The translations under genes and the position numbers were made by a program. 64,000 nt of DNA, from positions 28,892,001-28,956,000 of the forward strand of contig OZ336890.1 of NCBI GenBank assembly GCA_965287045.1, read 5' to 3'. The notes below the pieces were generated by a model. The model saw only the letters and a program-made list of their open reading frames with translations. It ran no database searches and was not told the origin of the DNA. Below, piece after piece: positions 25,992 to 39,058 of the stretch (position 1 is the stretch's first letter; each line of letters starts with the position of its first letter). Source of the stretch: Carcharhinus amblyrhynchos (taxonomy: Eukaryota).

Positions 25992-27799
25992 CTGAAATGC
26001 AAAGAAAATATATTCTGCTTTAGACGAAAAGCATCAGATTAAAGAAACTTAATTATTTCATTTTCATTCTGTATCATCTCTTCTAAATATTTAGATTTTT
26101 GCATCTATAAACACTGCATTTAATTTAAGCATCTTTACATTTAGCCTTTGAGCACTGAAAGTCTTCTTCATTCTCAAAATACAAAGCTCCTCTAGAACTT
26201 TTTCAACAGAGGCATGCAGACCATACTTGTACAAGAAGAAATGTATTTAACCACAGAACATATTTTAATACACACTGCAGAATGTTACCATAATCCAAAA
26301 TTTTAGAAAAACTGCTGCCAGTTTATTGTGGCTTTAGTTGATCAATTCAAAGGCTAAAACTCTCATTATTACTAATAGGATGTGTGCCACCAGAGAAATG
26401 ATGGAAAACATTTGTCCATCAACAATTTATCAACTTGATAAATGTTGTGATGCAGTAGTGCTTAAATTCATAACCTTGTTGTATATAATCAGGAAAATTT
26501 AAGTTACAATAAGCAAGCCATTTTTGAGATTTATTCAACTTTTCATTAAAAAAAGTCCTGAATCAAAATCCTTGTAGAAGATAGATTGGCACATAAGCAA
26601 AATATTCCAGAGACAATCAGAAATATTTATGCAGGGCCTGTAACAAAGGTACCAGGGAAAAGGAAACGAATGCACACATCCAAGTTGCTCACATCTGTGT
26701 GTTCTATCTTCACAGAACTAACTCAGGTCACTCAAATCCAAATAGTCCAAAATGCAGATTTTCATGCATAATGGACAATTTAAATTTTCCTGCTAATTTG
26801 TACAAGAAAAACTGAATTTTTTGCTGCACTGTTTTTTCTGGTAAACCCTGTGGACAAGCCAGTAAACCCCAAGATATTTCACATAGATACGCAAATTTCT
26901 GCATTCAAAGACTCCTAAAAAGCTTTATTCACCAATCTCAAAGAACGTTCTGAAAACCATACAAGACAATGTCTGACACTGGGGAGTTGGTAACTATATC
27001 CACTGAACAGAGCTACCAAAACCACATCTGAAAACACATTGGAATAGGTTTTACACAATCAGGTACCCAGCAGGGAGCCTCAGTGCTCACGAGTTATCAG
27101 GAATTCTCACGTGCATTCTTGTGGATGCAAAATTGTAGTGAACATACAAGCCAAATCACAGATATTTGCTCCTGTGGTTGAAACTACCAGCCGAGATCAC
27201 AACTTCATAAAATTGGTCCCATCTTCCCTTCATGTGCTAGAATTTGGATGCATTCCAATGCCTTCCTTTCAAAAACCAACAAATTGCTCGTGTTCTCTGC
27301 ACAACTTAATTCACTGATGGAACATTCTACAAATTTTATCCGTAAGCCTCAAAATCTAATTTAGTGCAACTTTAGAACTCAGCCTCACGAGCTATTCAAT
27401 CTTTAATTGTTTTTGCCTGGAGGTTGTTTCACATTCCTAGACAGTGAGAACAAACATACATATGAAAGAATGACAATATATGCAAAATAAAAGAGTGCAT
27501 GTTTAAGAGAATAAAGGCACAAAGGTACAACAGCTCAAGTACAAGAGCATACAAGAATCACAAAATTGGAAGGATTAGAAATTGAGCAGAGAATGAGGGA
27601 GTGAGCCAAAGTCCACAACAAGGAGGAAATGCACAAGTTTAAACGTCCACGGGGAATTTGAGGTTGGAAGGAAAGTGGTAAAAGCAGGTGGAGGGAGAAA
27701 AGGGAGAGGGGCTGCTGTATGTTCATTTCCCCAAAACAATTTTTTTTTGTCTTGTCCAACAGCAGAATAATTTAAGTTAAACTTCAGACAAAATAAAAA

Positions 27800-29760
27800 T
27801 CAGCCGAAATACCACCTGGCACCTTTGCCGTCGTTTTCCATATGGAGCTCAGTTTGCATAAAACAGCACAGGACTTCAAGGAGAGGGGGAAGTTAGGGGC
27901 AGCCCTCCAGCAATTGCAACCTTGACTGCAGTGGAGAGTGAGGCACAAGTAATCAGTTATGGTAGAGATGGGTATCTCCTAGACATCAAGTGACAGAACC
28001 AAATATCACAGAGGCATATGGCACCCAACAATCATCCATGTTAATATGGGTTGTCACCTATAACTGAAATAGGATCATTTGCACAATGATTCTTTTGAAG
28101 CCTTCCCCTTTGTAAGCTCTTAAAGGCATCTCTTTCATTTGCCCTGTTTATTCAAATGTACATAGGAACTGAGCATGAGGAGGCAGAAGAATCCTCAAAA
28201 TTGGTTGAACACTGAGAAAGCATCATCACACGATTCAAGTGCACCTTCCAGCAGCTCATGTACAAATGCCTCGAGGGGCCTCCAAATGCAAGCAGCTGGT
28301 TTGTCCCAAGGTGACCCACACGTCACATGTAATCAAGGGCCAGGGCTGAAGACTAGGACAATAGTAGTAAAGTATCTGATGGAGCTTGCTGAATGTTGTG
28401 CTCAACTAGACAAGAGATGCTGAGCCTTAGGGATCATGAGGACTTTTCTGAATAGTAGAGAGAGCCAGCATTTTCAGAGGCAACTGCAGGGACCTTGGAC
28501 ACACAAAGCTCCACTTCTGCAGAGTGCTCACCATTGTTTTCGCCTGTCCTCTCTGCTAAGCCGAGCACAGCATACCGCTATTACTAATTTTTGGATATCC
28601 TTGCTGGAGTACAACGGAAGGGCGTCCCAGATAGATCTGGGCACTGAATTATACCTTCAACAGTGCAATGGCTTGCTCACTAACACGTGGCCTCTGTACC
28701 TTTGTTGTGCTTCAACGATTGGGCTCCGCAGTCAATCCTCAGAGTATCCCTAGTCTTCAAGGGATCATTCACTGAATCTGTTTGGAGCTTGAAGAACTGT
28801 GGGAGAACTGACTAAAGTAAAATGAAGGTTTCCAAATATTTTATATAAATATGAATAATTATCTTCTGTAAATTATATACCAGTAGAAAATTTTGCTCGA
28901 CAGCTACTCCTGGTTGATCGGAGGACATGTTGATTATCACATGACTCCTCAGAATTACAGGAATCCAGCCTTTGGGGCAAATAGAAGTGGCCAGTCTGAA
29001 AGAGAAGGCCCATCAGTTTGCAAAGTGGACATGACAAAGATGGCATCAGTTGCCTGGGAGATGCACTTGTGGCAGTAAATTTGAGAAATCCCACATCTGG
29101 CACTGGCAGATCCCTGGAAGGAGCTAGAGGCAAAGAAATTCAGGACTGTGGTGACCTTGACAGCCACTTGCAAAGCATGCCTGTTTGGTCCATTGATTCC
29201 AGGAAACTGCAGATGTCAGTAATGATCTGCCGAGAAAGTATGAACCTCCTCAGATACTGCTGTTTAGTCACATCCAAAACGCTGATCCTTCATCTGTATA
29301 CCTTGTTTAGGAGGTATCACTCATGAGCTGGAGTTGTGTGTTCATCCACGATGCCATGTGGAGCAGCAATTGGCTGAGAAGGCAGGTGCTGCTACTTCCC
29401 CTGGTCTGGTGCTATTTCTCCTGCTGGTCATGGTCCTCATCAGAGGTCCAAAGTAGAGATGTGCAAGTTGCTTCCATGCTGCTGTGATGGCTAGCAGTTG
29501 GGAAGTACAGATTAAAGTTAGAAGAATTTTAAGATAGCAGAAATTACCACCAAAACAGTGAAAGCACAATCTTAGAACAAGTCCTATGAGTAAATGCCTT
29601 TCAATTAGGCAAGAAACATCAATCTTGATTGAGTATTTAAAAAAATTTCAGCCTGCCAATTTTACAGCCCCATCAATTTCCCACTGTGCTCTCACTGTCA
29701 ACCCTGGCAAGTTTCAGACAGTTTGGGAAATCTGGCAGTTGAAGAATGCAGGCTTAAATC
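27800..29760. mobile_element. Very decayed Harbinger-like relic (tentative)
   Basis: GC-elevated block; minus-strand AAPAFS near 29380 resembles the start of Harbinger Myb/SANT proteins; no TIR pair confirmed. Confidence 0.3.
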
Positions 29761-31041
29761 TTCAGGCAAATGTATTTCTCTACATTTAACATGGCTGTCC
29801 CACCCGTTCCATGGGGATTTTCAGCTAGTCTTGAAAAGCGCACCGGTCAAATTAGGAAGTAGGCAGGTTCATATCACGTTGCCGACATGCCAGCAATTAT
29901 TTTCTTCTTTACCCCTATGTGCACTTAAACTCATGTCTCTGTTATTCCCATTGCAGATTTAAATTGTCCTCCATAATCTCTGCATCAATAGCCAAATGCT
30001 GTAAACCATGCAATTCTGCAACAGCCTTGCATTGAATCTACAGCACAGACAAAGAATCCAACTGGTAGATATCAATGTTTATACTTCATATGAGCCTCTT
30101 CCTAATTCTCCCTTCCCTGCTTGTCCTCAAATCTCTCCATTTCTTTATCCCTCACGTCAGTATCAATGCTAACTGCTTCAACCAGTCCATGTTACAGTTA
30201 GGTCCACATTTTCACCAATTTCTCTGTAGAGAAATTGCTCCTAAAATTTTATTTGATTGGTTACTGGCTATCCTGTATTTATGCCTCCTTGCTCTGGTCT
30301 GGCCCATCACAGGAAACAGCTTCTCTAAATTGACCAAAATCAAAACTTCATTATTGCAAATCTATCACATTCCTTTTTAATTTTCTCCAGCCTATTCAAT
30401 CTTTTATCATTAAGTTAAAATCCTGCATCTAAACCCCTTTGGTTAATGATGCATCAACATGTGTTTTTATTTTCATTATTTAACATCTCCAAACCTTTTA
30501 TAATTCTCAAAGCTTCAATGAGATCCTACCTACCTCCAACCAGGAATAGCTAATAAAAATTATTCAGATCTATGCAGCTTTTCCTCATATTAATAAACTC
30601 TCAATAGGAAATGCCTTTTCATTGCTGTCTTCCACCTTTAACAATTTATCTGAATGTCAAAATGTCTGTTTCTCTGCTGTTAGGAGTCCTAACATTTAAG
30701 CTATTCTTGCTTTCATTGTTCTCTCTCTCTGGATTAAATTGCATCTGTTGTTGCAATGTGTTTGTATTTACATTTTCTTATTCTCCAGCAAATCAGGTCT
30801 TCACTCTGCTCATCTACCCAAGCTGATATTTATTTAGATTTCTCTTGATTAACCTTGGTTGTCTTTCAATTGTCCTTCTTTATTGGTCCAATAATAATTT
30901 TTCAAATACTGTCAATGTAGTTAACAACTAGTCTATATCCGTTAGAAACTAGATTGAAGTTACCCAAAATGATTTCAAATAGAATTGAGACTTTCAACGC
31001 AGGATGCCTGGCTACATTTGAATCCAGAGGTGAAAATATAA

Positions 31042-31400
31042 AGGGGCAGCACCTTGGCTTGCTTTACTGCCTCAGAGTGCTAGGCACCCAGGTTCAATTC
31101 CTGCCTTAGATGACTGTGTGTGTGGAGTTTGCACGTTCTCCCCATGTCTGCTTGGGTTTCCTCTGAGTGCTCCAGTTTCCCCTCCAAACAGTCCAAAGAC
31201 TGGCAGGTTAGGTGGACTGGCTATGCTAAATCACCCCTTATATCCAAAAATGCGCAAATTAGGGGGATTAGCCATGGTAAATGCACAGGGTTATGGGGAT
31301 AGGGTGGAGAGGAAGGTCTGGATGGGATGTTCTTTCAGAGAGTTAGTGCAGACTCACAGGGTTGAAAGGCCTCCTTCTGCACTGCAGAGATTCTATGGTT
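31042..31400 (+). mobile_element. HE1-like V-SINE, full length
   Basis: ggggcagcac...ggttcaattcc...tgtgtgtggagtttgcacgttctccccatgtctg...cttctgcactgcagagattctatg. Confidence 0.9.
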
Positions 31401-32581
31401 TTAATTTTCTTGTTCTGTTCCCTGAATGAGAAAGGCACAGAGGTTTGCAACAACACAATCTTGTTTCTGTAAACATTACCCAATGGGCAGTTATTTTTCA
31501 ACATCCAGACCAAGATAGAAGACAGTTTTGTGCAAAATAAAGAGTTGTGCAAATCAAAATAAAAGTACATCAACTTGTCTTGTCCTTAGCCAGGCTGAAG
31601 AATGCTCATGGATTGAAAAAAGACCTGAAGGGTCAAATCTGTGCAGCACTTATGAATCAATGGACAAGTAAAATGGACAAAGTCACCAGTTCAATGATGG
31701 GGAAAAATAGTTTCAATAAAGTACCACAAACCAACAGAAAAATGGACATTTTGTGTCTCAACATATGACTTTAATATTTACACTGCTTACAAGTAGGAAA
31801 CAGATCTTTGAATATTAGAACTTAGTGAGTTTATAGATTTTTGCCTTTGGACGCTAATGTCTCAAGATAGTCAGATCTGAAAAGTAGGTTTCTAACCCTC
31901 GAATGAAAATAAGTTTCCTTTCATGAATGTGAGAAATGGTAAAATGATAATTTTATGTGATTAATGAATTGAATAAAAAGGCTGCGTACAAATTTGGTAG
32001 CTATGATTGGTCTCTATAAGTATCTATTTACATTTCTGTAAGTGAGCATTTAGAACCAAAAGTTTTGCAAGTACAAACTGGAGGACTTAATTGCACTCAC
32101 ATCAGTTTGTTCTTAGTATTTAGGTTTACATATGTAAAAAGGTCATTTCCATGAAGAAACAATAGTCAGGCATCAATCATTCTGGGGTAGAAAGGGAAAA
32201 CTGTTCACATGCATCCAATGGGAGGAAAGAAATTCTCAAAATATGTTTGACAAATGCCAAGGCATTAATGTTAAATTAAATGACAGCAGTAATTTAAAAA
32301 AATTGGAATTTTGTGATGCTCTACACTGGGCACAATCACAAAGTATGAGGGATATTATTAAATAATTCACAAAAAGGAAAGAAAGAGGGATATTGTCAAA
32401 AAATTTACAAAAAGTAAAATGTGTATTTGCTGCTGTACTAAATTCCACCAGGCATTACGAAGGCCCACTGTCTACACAAAGCTGCACACCAATTCTAAAA
32501 CCACTTTAAGACTGTTACAATCCCACTCGTTTTTATGAAGAAATTCAGCATGGTCAGCAATGGAAGCAAAAGGATCCCTAC

Positions 32582-32698
32582 CTGCAGTATTAGGTGCAGA
32601 TGTAGAGCTGCTGAAAGAGCTAGTATAGCCAGAGGCACTGAAGGACCAGGCACTAGATGAAGGCAGCGTGGCGTTCTGAGATGATGTTGGGGATGACC
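32582..32698 (-). CDS. TNRC6C: TNRC6C coding exon, Ser-rich and frame-symmetric (possibly cassette)
   Basis: tttatacag| and |gtaggg; 117 nt, phase 1-1; SSPTSSQNATLPSSSAWSFSASGYTSSFSSSTSAPNTA. Confidence 0.88.
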
Positions 32699-33654
32699 CT
32701 GTATAAACAGCAAAAAAGCAACTAAGGAAATGGAAAATGATTTAACTTAAATCTTAAAATGATAACATTTGTTGCATTTTGTAATGAAAAGCTTGAGAAA
32801 AAAAAACAAAGGATGAAGGATGACTCTCAATGATCAGATATTAAATTCAATTCCAACATTTCCTAGGAATGGAGATTTTTTAGGCTGTTTGAATTTAGCC
32901 ACGTCTCTGTCACATTTATGAAAATGCAGAACAGCTTCACAAAATAATTCATTCTATTTGTCCAAAATGAAAATCTGCCATGGGCCCTGCCTGCTGACAC
33001 AGACCTACATAGATTCAAGTTTGCAGAAAATCTCTTCTTCACTCAACTAAGGAATTACTGACAAGTCTTCATTCTTTGAAATGCTGTACAGACCAAGATA
33101 AAAACATGCACAAAAACAAATAGTAAAAGACAACTTAAGCCATTATTGTCACATTAATACAAAACTGAGCAACAAAAGGCAGAACATTACTGAACATAGG
33201 AAGTAGTAACACTCCATATAAAGAGACAACAATCATACTTCATTAAGGACCAAGCATTTATATATTCCAACAACACAGAATGGTATTATCCATATATCAT
33301 TCTACAGTGATTCATCTGCTTTTGAAGAGGAAAGAAACATTACATTTTATGTTGGCTGGTGGTCCTTTTAAGTAGTAAGTTCTCTGGGAGATTGAGTGTC
33401 AAAGGCAAAGGAAGCATGGGCACCCCACCCAGCCATGCTTCCAACCACTGCATGCTCCATACGTGACTGAGACTGTATATTGCGCACCAGGCTCCTCAGT
33501 TACCTGAGAACTTTGTGCGTGTATGCATGCATGGAACACCCAACAGAACTCACTTCAATTTCTGGGTGCAGGCTAAAATTTTTTTTACAAAATTTCTTAC
33601 AAACTGAAGGACTACACTAATAATAAGTCAGAGTTCTGGGATAGCCAAGCTGAC

Positions 33655-34050
33655 AGAGAGAGTGAGAGAGAACGACACGGAGACAGGGCGGGAGGATGAG
33701 GGAGGGAGGGAGGCAGGACGGGAGGGTGAGGGAGGGAGGAAGGCAGGACAGGAGGGTGAGGGAGGGAGGCAGGACGGAGGCAGGACGGGGCGGAGGCAGG
33801 ACGGGAGGACGGGAGAGTGGGGGAGGGAGGGAGGTAGACAGGACGGGAGGTAGAGGGAGGGAGGTAGACAGGACGGGAGGGAGAGGGAGGGAGGTAGACA
33901 GGACGGGAGGGAGGGAGGTAGACAGGATGGGAGGGAGGGAGGTAGACAGGACGCAAGAAAGCAACACAGGATGGGTGGAACGAGAGAGAGGAAGGAGAAA
34001 GAGGGACGGTGGAGGGGATGAGACAGCGTGGTGGGGACAGGGAGAGAGAG
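33655..34050. repeat. Purine-rich low-complexity minisatellite
   Basis: Repeated gggagggaggtagacaggac and gggagggaggcaggac units. Confidence 0.9.
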
Positions 34051-34693
34051 TGAACTTGAGATGCAAAACTCCAGATTTAATGATCAGAACAGCAAAGTTG
34101 GACCAAGGTAGCTATGCTCAAGATGCTAGTGATGCCTGTGCTACAACTGTGGGATGACTGGATGAGATTTGGAGATAAAACTTTGCAGCAAAGCTCAAGA
34201 AATCTCAACCTTTACACAAATCTTTAAACCCTATTCAGGCGAAGTGGTTAATCTTCCAATTTCTGCTAAGTTTTTGACTTGAGTTTTGTTTTAGGGGTGC
34301 AAGTCAATGGATGCAGAAGAAAAAAATGAGTTAAGAAGCTTTCAAAAATATTAAGCTTCTGTGTTCCTTGTACTTCGAATATCTTCACCGAACTGACTTT
34401 TAAAATAGTGTATTTTGTTGTGGTAAAATTTTTTTGTTTTAAACCATGAACCTTGAAGAAACTTTTATTCCTTCAGTAAATTCCTGGGGTAGAATTTTAG
34501 CCTTTAAGGGTACGTTTTGAAGGCAGAAGTGGAAGTGGTTGCAAATCCTGTTCCCGCTCACAATCAAATGTAACTCGCATACTGCTCCACCACTGTGAAT
34601 CGCTGTTGGAGCAGAACTGCTGGGGCAGGTACTGTGACAACAGCAGCCCACACTGCAAACTTCAAAAGTGGCCTCCACAGGCCTGTGAGAGCT

Positions 34694-36510
34694 ATGGCAG
34701 AAGCTGGGGACCACAGCAGACAGGACGGAAGTTTGGGCGGCCAACAAATGCCATTTCTCAGGTGGCAGCTTTGGAGCCCTGGTGGAGACAGTCAGCCAAA
34801 GGAGGGATGTTCTGATGTGGAGGGATGGGAGGATGAGGCCACTACACCTCAGCAAGAAGGCTTGTGTGTACGTAGCAGTGGAGGTCAGTGGCAATAACCT
34901 TGTCTGGAGAATCTAGAACCAGTGCCAGGAAAGGTTCAATGATCTTCTGCACTCAGCACGGATGAGTCCCAAGTGGGCATCGTACTCAATGAGGCAGTGA
35001 GGAAGGTGGCCATCTGTGGTCATGTACGGATCTCAAGTAGTCTTGGATCACACATGTGCATGTGTCTCCTTAGACTGGATATATATATATCAAGCAGTAG
35101 CCTCTGGTTCAAAGGTTCAGACAGATGGTAATGTTCTTAAACCTTGGAGGCGTTTTGAGTTGGGGTGGGGGGACAGTGTGGTGTTCAAGGTGCAAGTTTC
35201 AGCACTCATTGGGGCTCTACATAGATCTGCAGGAGAAACGGAGCAACAATAATGGGGAGCAATTCGCTACTGGTGAGAGGGTGCCAAACCTAGTGATCCT
35301 CAATAGCCATGAGTTGGGAGCCCAGGAGCAGGAGGGTCACAAAGTCATGGAATGGCAAGTGTTTCTAAGCTAAGAGCTTGTTAGGCTGAAGCATGTGGCA
35401 TTTAGGGTGAAGGTGATGATGGAAGCTCTGCTCCATCAGAACAACCTCATTTAAATGCCAGGCATTGAGAAGTCTAGATGCAATGGAGGCCAATTGCGAT
35501 GTCCAGCATGCACAGAAATGTAAATTTGTGATACAAGTAATGAATCTTACCCTTTGTTCCCATCCCTCAGATGAGCTGTTCAGAGCCAGCTAACCGACGA
35601 ATTCCCCCGCCACACTGGCTTGACACCTGAGACACTGGGATGTATAAACGGTAGGCCAGTTCTCAGCACCAGTGCAGATACATGCATGAAGGTGGCTGCT
35701 ACCATGTCAGAAGACTTGCTCGGGCACAGTGGTGAGGGCACTTCACACTTATACGGGAGGTAGGGAATGTTTCAGGTGCCAGCAATTGGATCCGCTAGGG
35801 ACAAGGACCATGCTGAGTCTGAGAGAGACGATGAGCCTCTGGAGTTTTCCACAAGGTGGCAAATGCTGGATGTCCGGCTGAAAACACAAGGAGATCCGAT
35901 GGCGAGCCCGGATTATCTACGTGCTGTGGTCTCTGTCATGGGGGAGTCCTTGTGAAGCATGAGCACTGTGTTGACCCTGAGCTCTGAGTGCACAGCCTTA
36001 TCCATTGAGAGACTGGTGACTCTCAGAGAGACAGCTCCACAAGTTTAGTCATGTGCTATTGGCATTGTACTTGGACCTTTAAGCCCTCACACAGACACTG
36101 ACCTCCTGAGGTCAGTATCTGTGTGGGAGAACAAGAAGCCAACAAGTGTCACTCATGGTTACCCATTCTTCACTTGTGAGCAGTGAGCTGAGGATTCACC
36201 TCGGAATGGTGGATGAGGTAGCCACTGTCTCTGGGATCCCTTTCGTCTCTGAGCCCCGGGCAAGGGCACCAGCTCCTCAATCTCTCTGAAAGTCTCCATT
36301 TCATCCCAGGAGTCCACAGCAACTGAGGGTTGCCCGGCCATATCATAGAGCCAAGTCTTCCTGGCACTACTTGCACAGTCTCCACTGAAGAGGGCCACAC
36401 CAGGGTCATCTCTGCCACCAGGGCAACAAGAATAGCAACCTGTCTCTAATGCTACTGTAAGCAAGGGGGTGATGGTGAAGGCATCTATAAGTAGCACCCA
36501 AAAACACAAG
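34694..36510 (+). pseudogene. Harbinger Myb/SANT-like (NAIF1-like) DNA-binding protein pseudogene, spliced
   Basis: ALVETVSQRRDVLMWRDGRMRPLHLSKKACVYVAVEVSGNNLVWRI*NQCQERFNDLLHSAR (34776-34961); next exon after ctgcag encodes EKRSNNNGEQFATGERVPNLVILNSHE; 3' extent uncertain. Confidence 0.7.
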
Positions 36511-36789
36511 CTACAGATACTAGGTACAAGCAGGGTCCAACACACACTTTGAAATGGAGATATTTATGATCTGTGTGTAACCACCTTCTTTTTGCTCATC
36601 TCTGAATTTATCACCTTAAATATCACGCTCCATTTAAGTCAGGATGTGTCCTGTGCTGCATTGGTGTCAGATTAATCATTGCTTGATCAGAGATATCCAA
36701 GGTATCAAAATTTATTGGCCCCGTAGAATGGATAAATTAAGTACTTGGGACAATGCAACTGCCCACTGACACTGCCGGAAGAAAGAGCA

Positions 36790-37863
36790 TGCCAGCTCAT
36801 CTGAATCAGCACATTCCTCCTGTCCCTGCTCTTCTGAGTTCTCATTGCATCCTGGTCACTCTCACCTTCTGGCTGCTCAACATCAGCATTGGAGTACTTG
36901 TCTGTGTCCATGTCTGAAGCTGGTAGCACTGCATTATCATCCTCCTCCTGCTCAAAAAGCTCTTCCCTTGAGACAGCGAGACTATAAGAGGGCAGCAGGC
37001 TATCATAGCTCCATCTTCCACAGGCCAATAGCTCTTTCCACTACCACCCCTGTGGGTACATGGCAGTGGCTATATCGCTCCTTTGTGTCAGTCCTTGGTC
37101 ATCTGAAAGGCATCATCAACCACCTTTTCAGTGGCCAACCCTTGTTGCCAGTCAACCAAATGAGCTGGAGTAGCAAAATGTCTGGGCACCTGCAAGTGAC
37201 AGTGAATGTACGAATCATGGGAGCACACCTACAGAACCTGGACCCTGTGGTCACATAATCTGAATGTTCGAGCGAAAGCCGTTTCTGTTCACAAAGGGTC
37301 CTCGCTGGCCAGAAGGCGGCTTGATGGCCACATGAGTACAACCAATTGCTCCTTGGATGCAGGGAAACCCAGCTACGGCTATGAAACCTCTCTCCTACTC
37401 AGCCAAACAGACCTCACCTGTCCTGAAATGGATGAATCTGCTCATATGCCTGAACAGTGTGTCAGTGACCAGGTTGACATAGCTTCACGGAGCTGATTAC
37501 AGGACTCGACAGAGATCACTCACAGCGCCCTAGAAGGATCGAGGCAAAAAGATCTGAGTGCCTTCAGAGTCACACAAATAGAAGTTATCTTGGGCCTTAA
37601 GATCTTCCAGATACTCATTATTGTTTCCCTTGAAAGCTGAAGTCTCCTGTGGCACTGGATCTCTGTCACGTCAAGGCAGTTGCAACACTGCTTGTCCACT
37701 TTGGCAGCTGGGTAGTCACGTCTTCTCCTGAGGCAGTCTTCTGATGGCCTTGATCATCCTGTGTCTGAATGTCTCCCATGGGGGATGCCTGCGACCACCT
37801 TGCCTCATCAGCAAGTTGACTAATGGGGCTCACCATGCACAAGAGAGTGTCAGAGGGATCCAA
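36790..37863 (-). pseudogene. Harbinger DDE transposase (HARBI1-like) pseudogene
   Basis: Motifs in correct order: GFPCIQGAIGCTHVAIK, FVNRNGF..NIQI, WLTGNKGWPLKRWLMMPFR, VVERAIGLWKM, acidic tail; multiple frameshifts; two catalytic Asp positions mutated. Confidence 0.85.
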
Positions 37864-38908
37864 ATCTCAGGTGCCAGCTAACAAAAATTTCACTGGACCT
37901 CCACAGTGATGTGCCCAACACCAAAACAACACTTGACACACCACAGAACAGCACCTCACCCCTAAAACACCTAAGTCCTCATCTACAGTTGCCAGTCGGA
38001 GCCTTTTATCCCGAACTTCAATTAAAAAGGATCAATTGCAGATGGCTCACCTGCCTGCATTGCCAATGCAACAAGCTTAAAATGGCACAGGCAAAGTGAA
38101 ATTGGGATCAATTGGTGTTTTAATACCCTTCGTCACTTCTCTAATTATGGCAGGGTGCGCATCCAATCTGCACCTGTGAAATACTGGGTGAGTGCATGAC
38201 ATCAGTATGTGCTCAACGTCATCACCCGCTATTTAACAAACTTCGTTTTGGGTGCGCATATGCCTAGCAAAATTCTACTCCTGGATTTTCAGATTCTACA
38301 AGAAACATATTATTGCCGAGATCATTACATCTTAAAAACATAACTACATGTAGTCAACCGGCCTTTGCGTGTTTGCCATTAAATGAGAATGTGGATGATA
38401 TTCTCCCTCAAATTCACTTTATGTCGCACAAGTAAATCTATAAATATAGTTAAGTCATCACATGACTAAGGAACTACAGTGCTCGGATGTTCTGTATAGA
38501 TTCCAGTTTCTTTAACATATTTGAAAGTTAACAACATCCATATTATACAAATATATATACAGGCACACACGTAAAAACAGACAGAAATGGATGTATTTGC
38601 ATGCAAATTACTTCAGCATATTGTAGCAAATCTTGAAAGTGCATTTACAAACTAGGACCAAATTAGTTTTAATTTCCAAACCAGGACTTAAATAATTGAA
38701 TAAAACAGATACATTTCAAAAGAAAGCTTAAATTTAAGAAAATGGGACCATTTGATATCAGGAATGTTGAGCATTTTAAAGACATCTTTCCCTAAAAGCA
38801 GAACGTGTTGTAATTTTTCTTTGAGGAAACCAGAAAATAATCACCGTGTGAAAAGTGTAATTTGCAGAGTCTGTTTTGTGTACTATACTTCAGTCTATTC
38901 TGTCTTAC

Positions 38909-39058
38909 CTCCACTCCTGTCCCTGAGCAGGTAGCGATCCACATCCCGGATAGTAGTATTAATTGAAGGTCCACTGGGGACACTTCCAGGTGTAACATTA
39001 GGATCAGTCTCAGGGTCGATGTTCTGTAGTCCTTTCCATGGCTCTCCAGGACGAAATT
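38909..39058 (-). CDS. TNRC6C: TNRC6C coding exon, PAM2 (PABP-binding) motif
   Basis: ctaaag| and |gtaaga; 150 nt, phase 1-1; [50 protein letters not shown]. Confidence 0.95.

Larger units (their letters stand above)
34487..38280. mobile_element. Complete but decayed PIF/Harbinger DNA transposon (3.8 kb)
   Basis: TIRs gggtagaatttt and aaaattctactc (1 mismatch in 12); 3-bp CTG TSD at 34484-34486 and 38281-38283; contains convergent Myb-like and transposase pseudogenes. Confidence 0.88.

Noticed and set aside
33612-34157. ORFs of 114-153 aa with repetitive PSRPVYLPP or GGREVDRT content
   Set aside because: Translations of a stop-poor minisatellite; no splice or codon evidence for a gene.
36790-37863. 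Domesticated HARBI1 gene
   Set aside because: Frameshifted, catalytic residues mutated, and still enclosed by TIRs and TSD, so it is a transposon fossil.
38595-38608. Palindromic double octamer atttgcatgcaaat, with other single octamers at ~4473, 6160 and 8321
   Set aside because: Short AT-rich motifs expected by chance; no supporting context.
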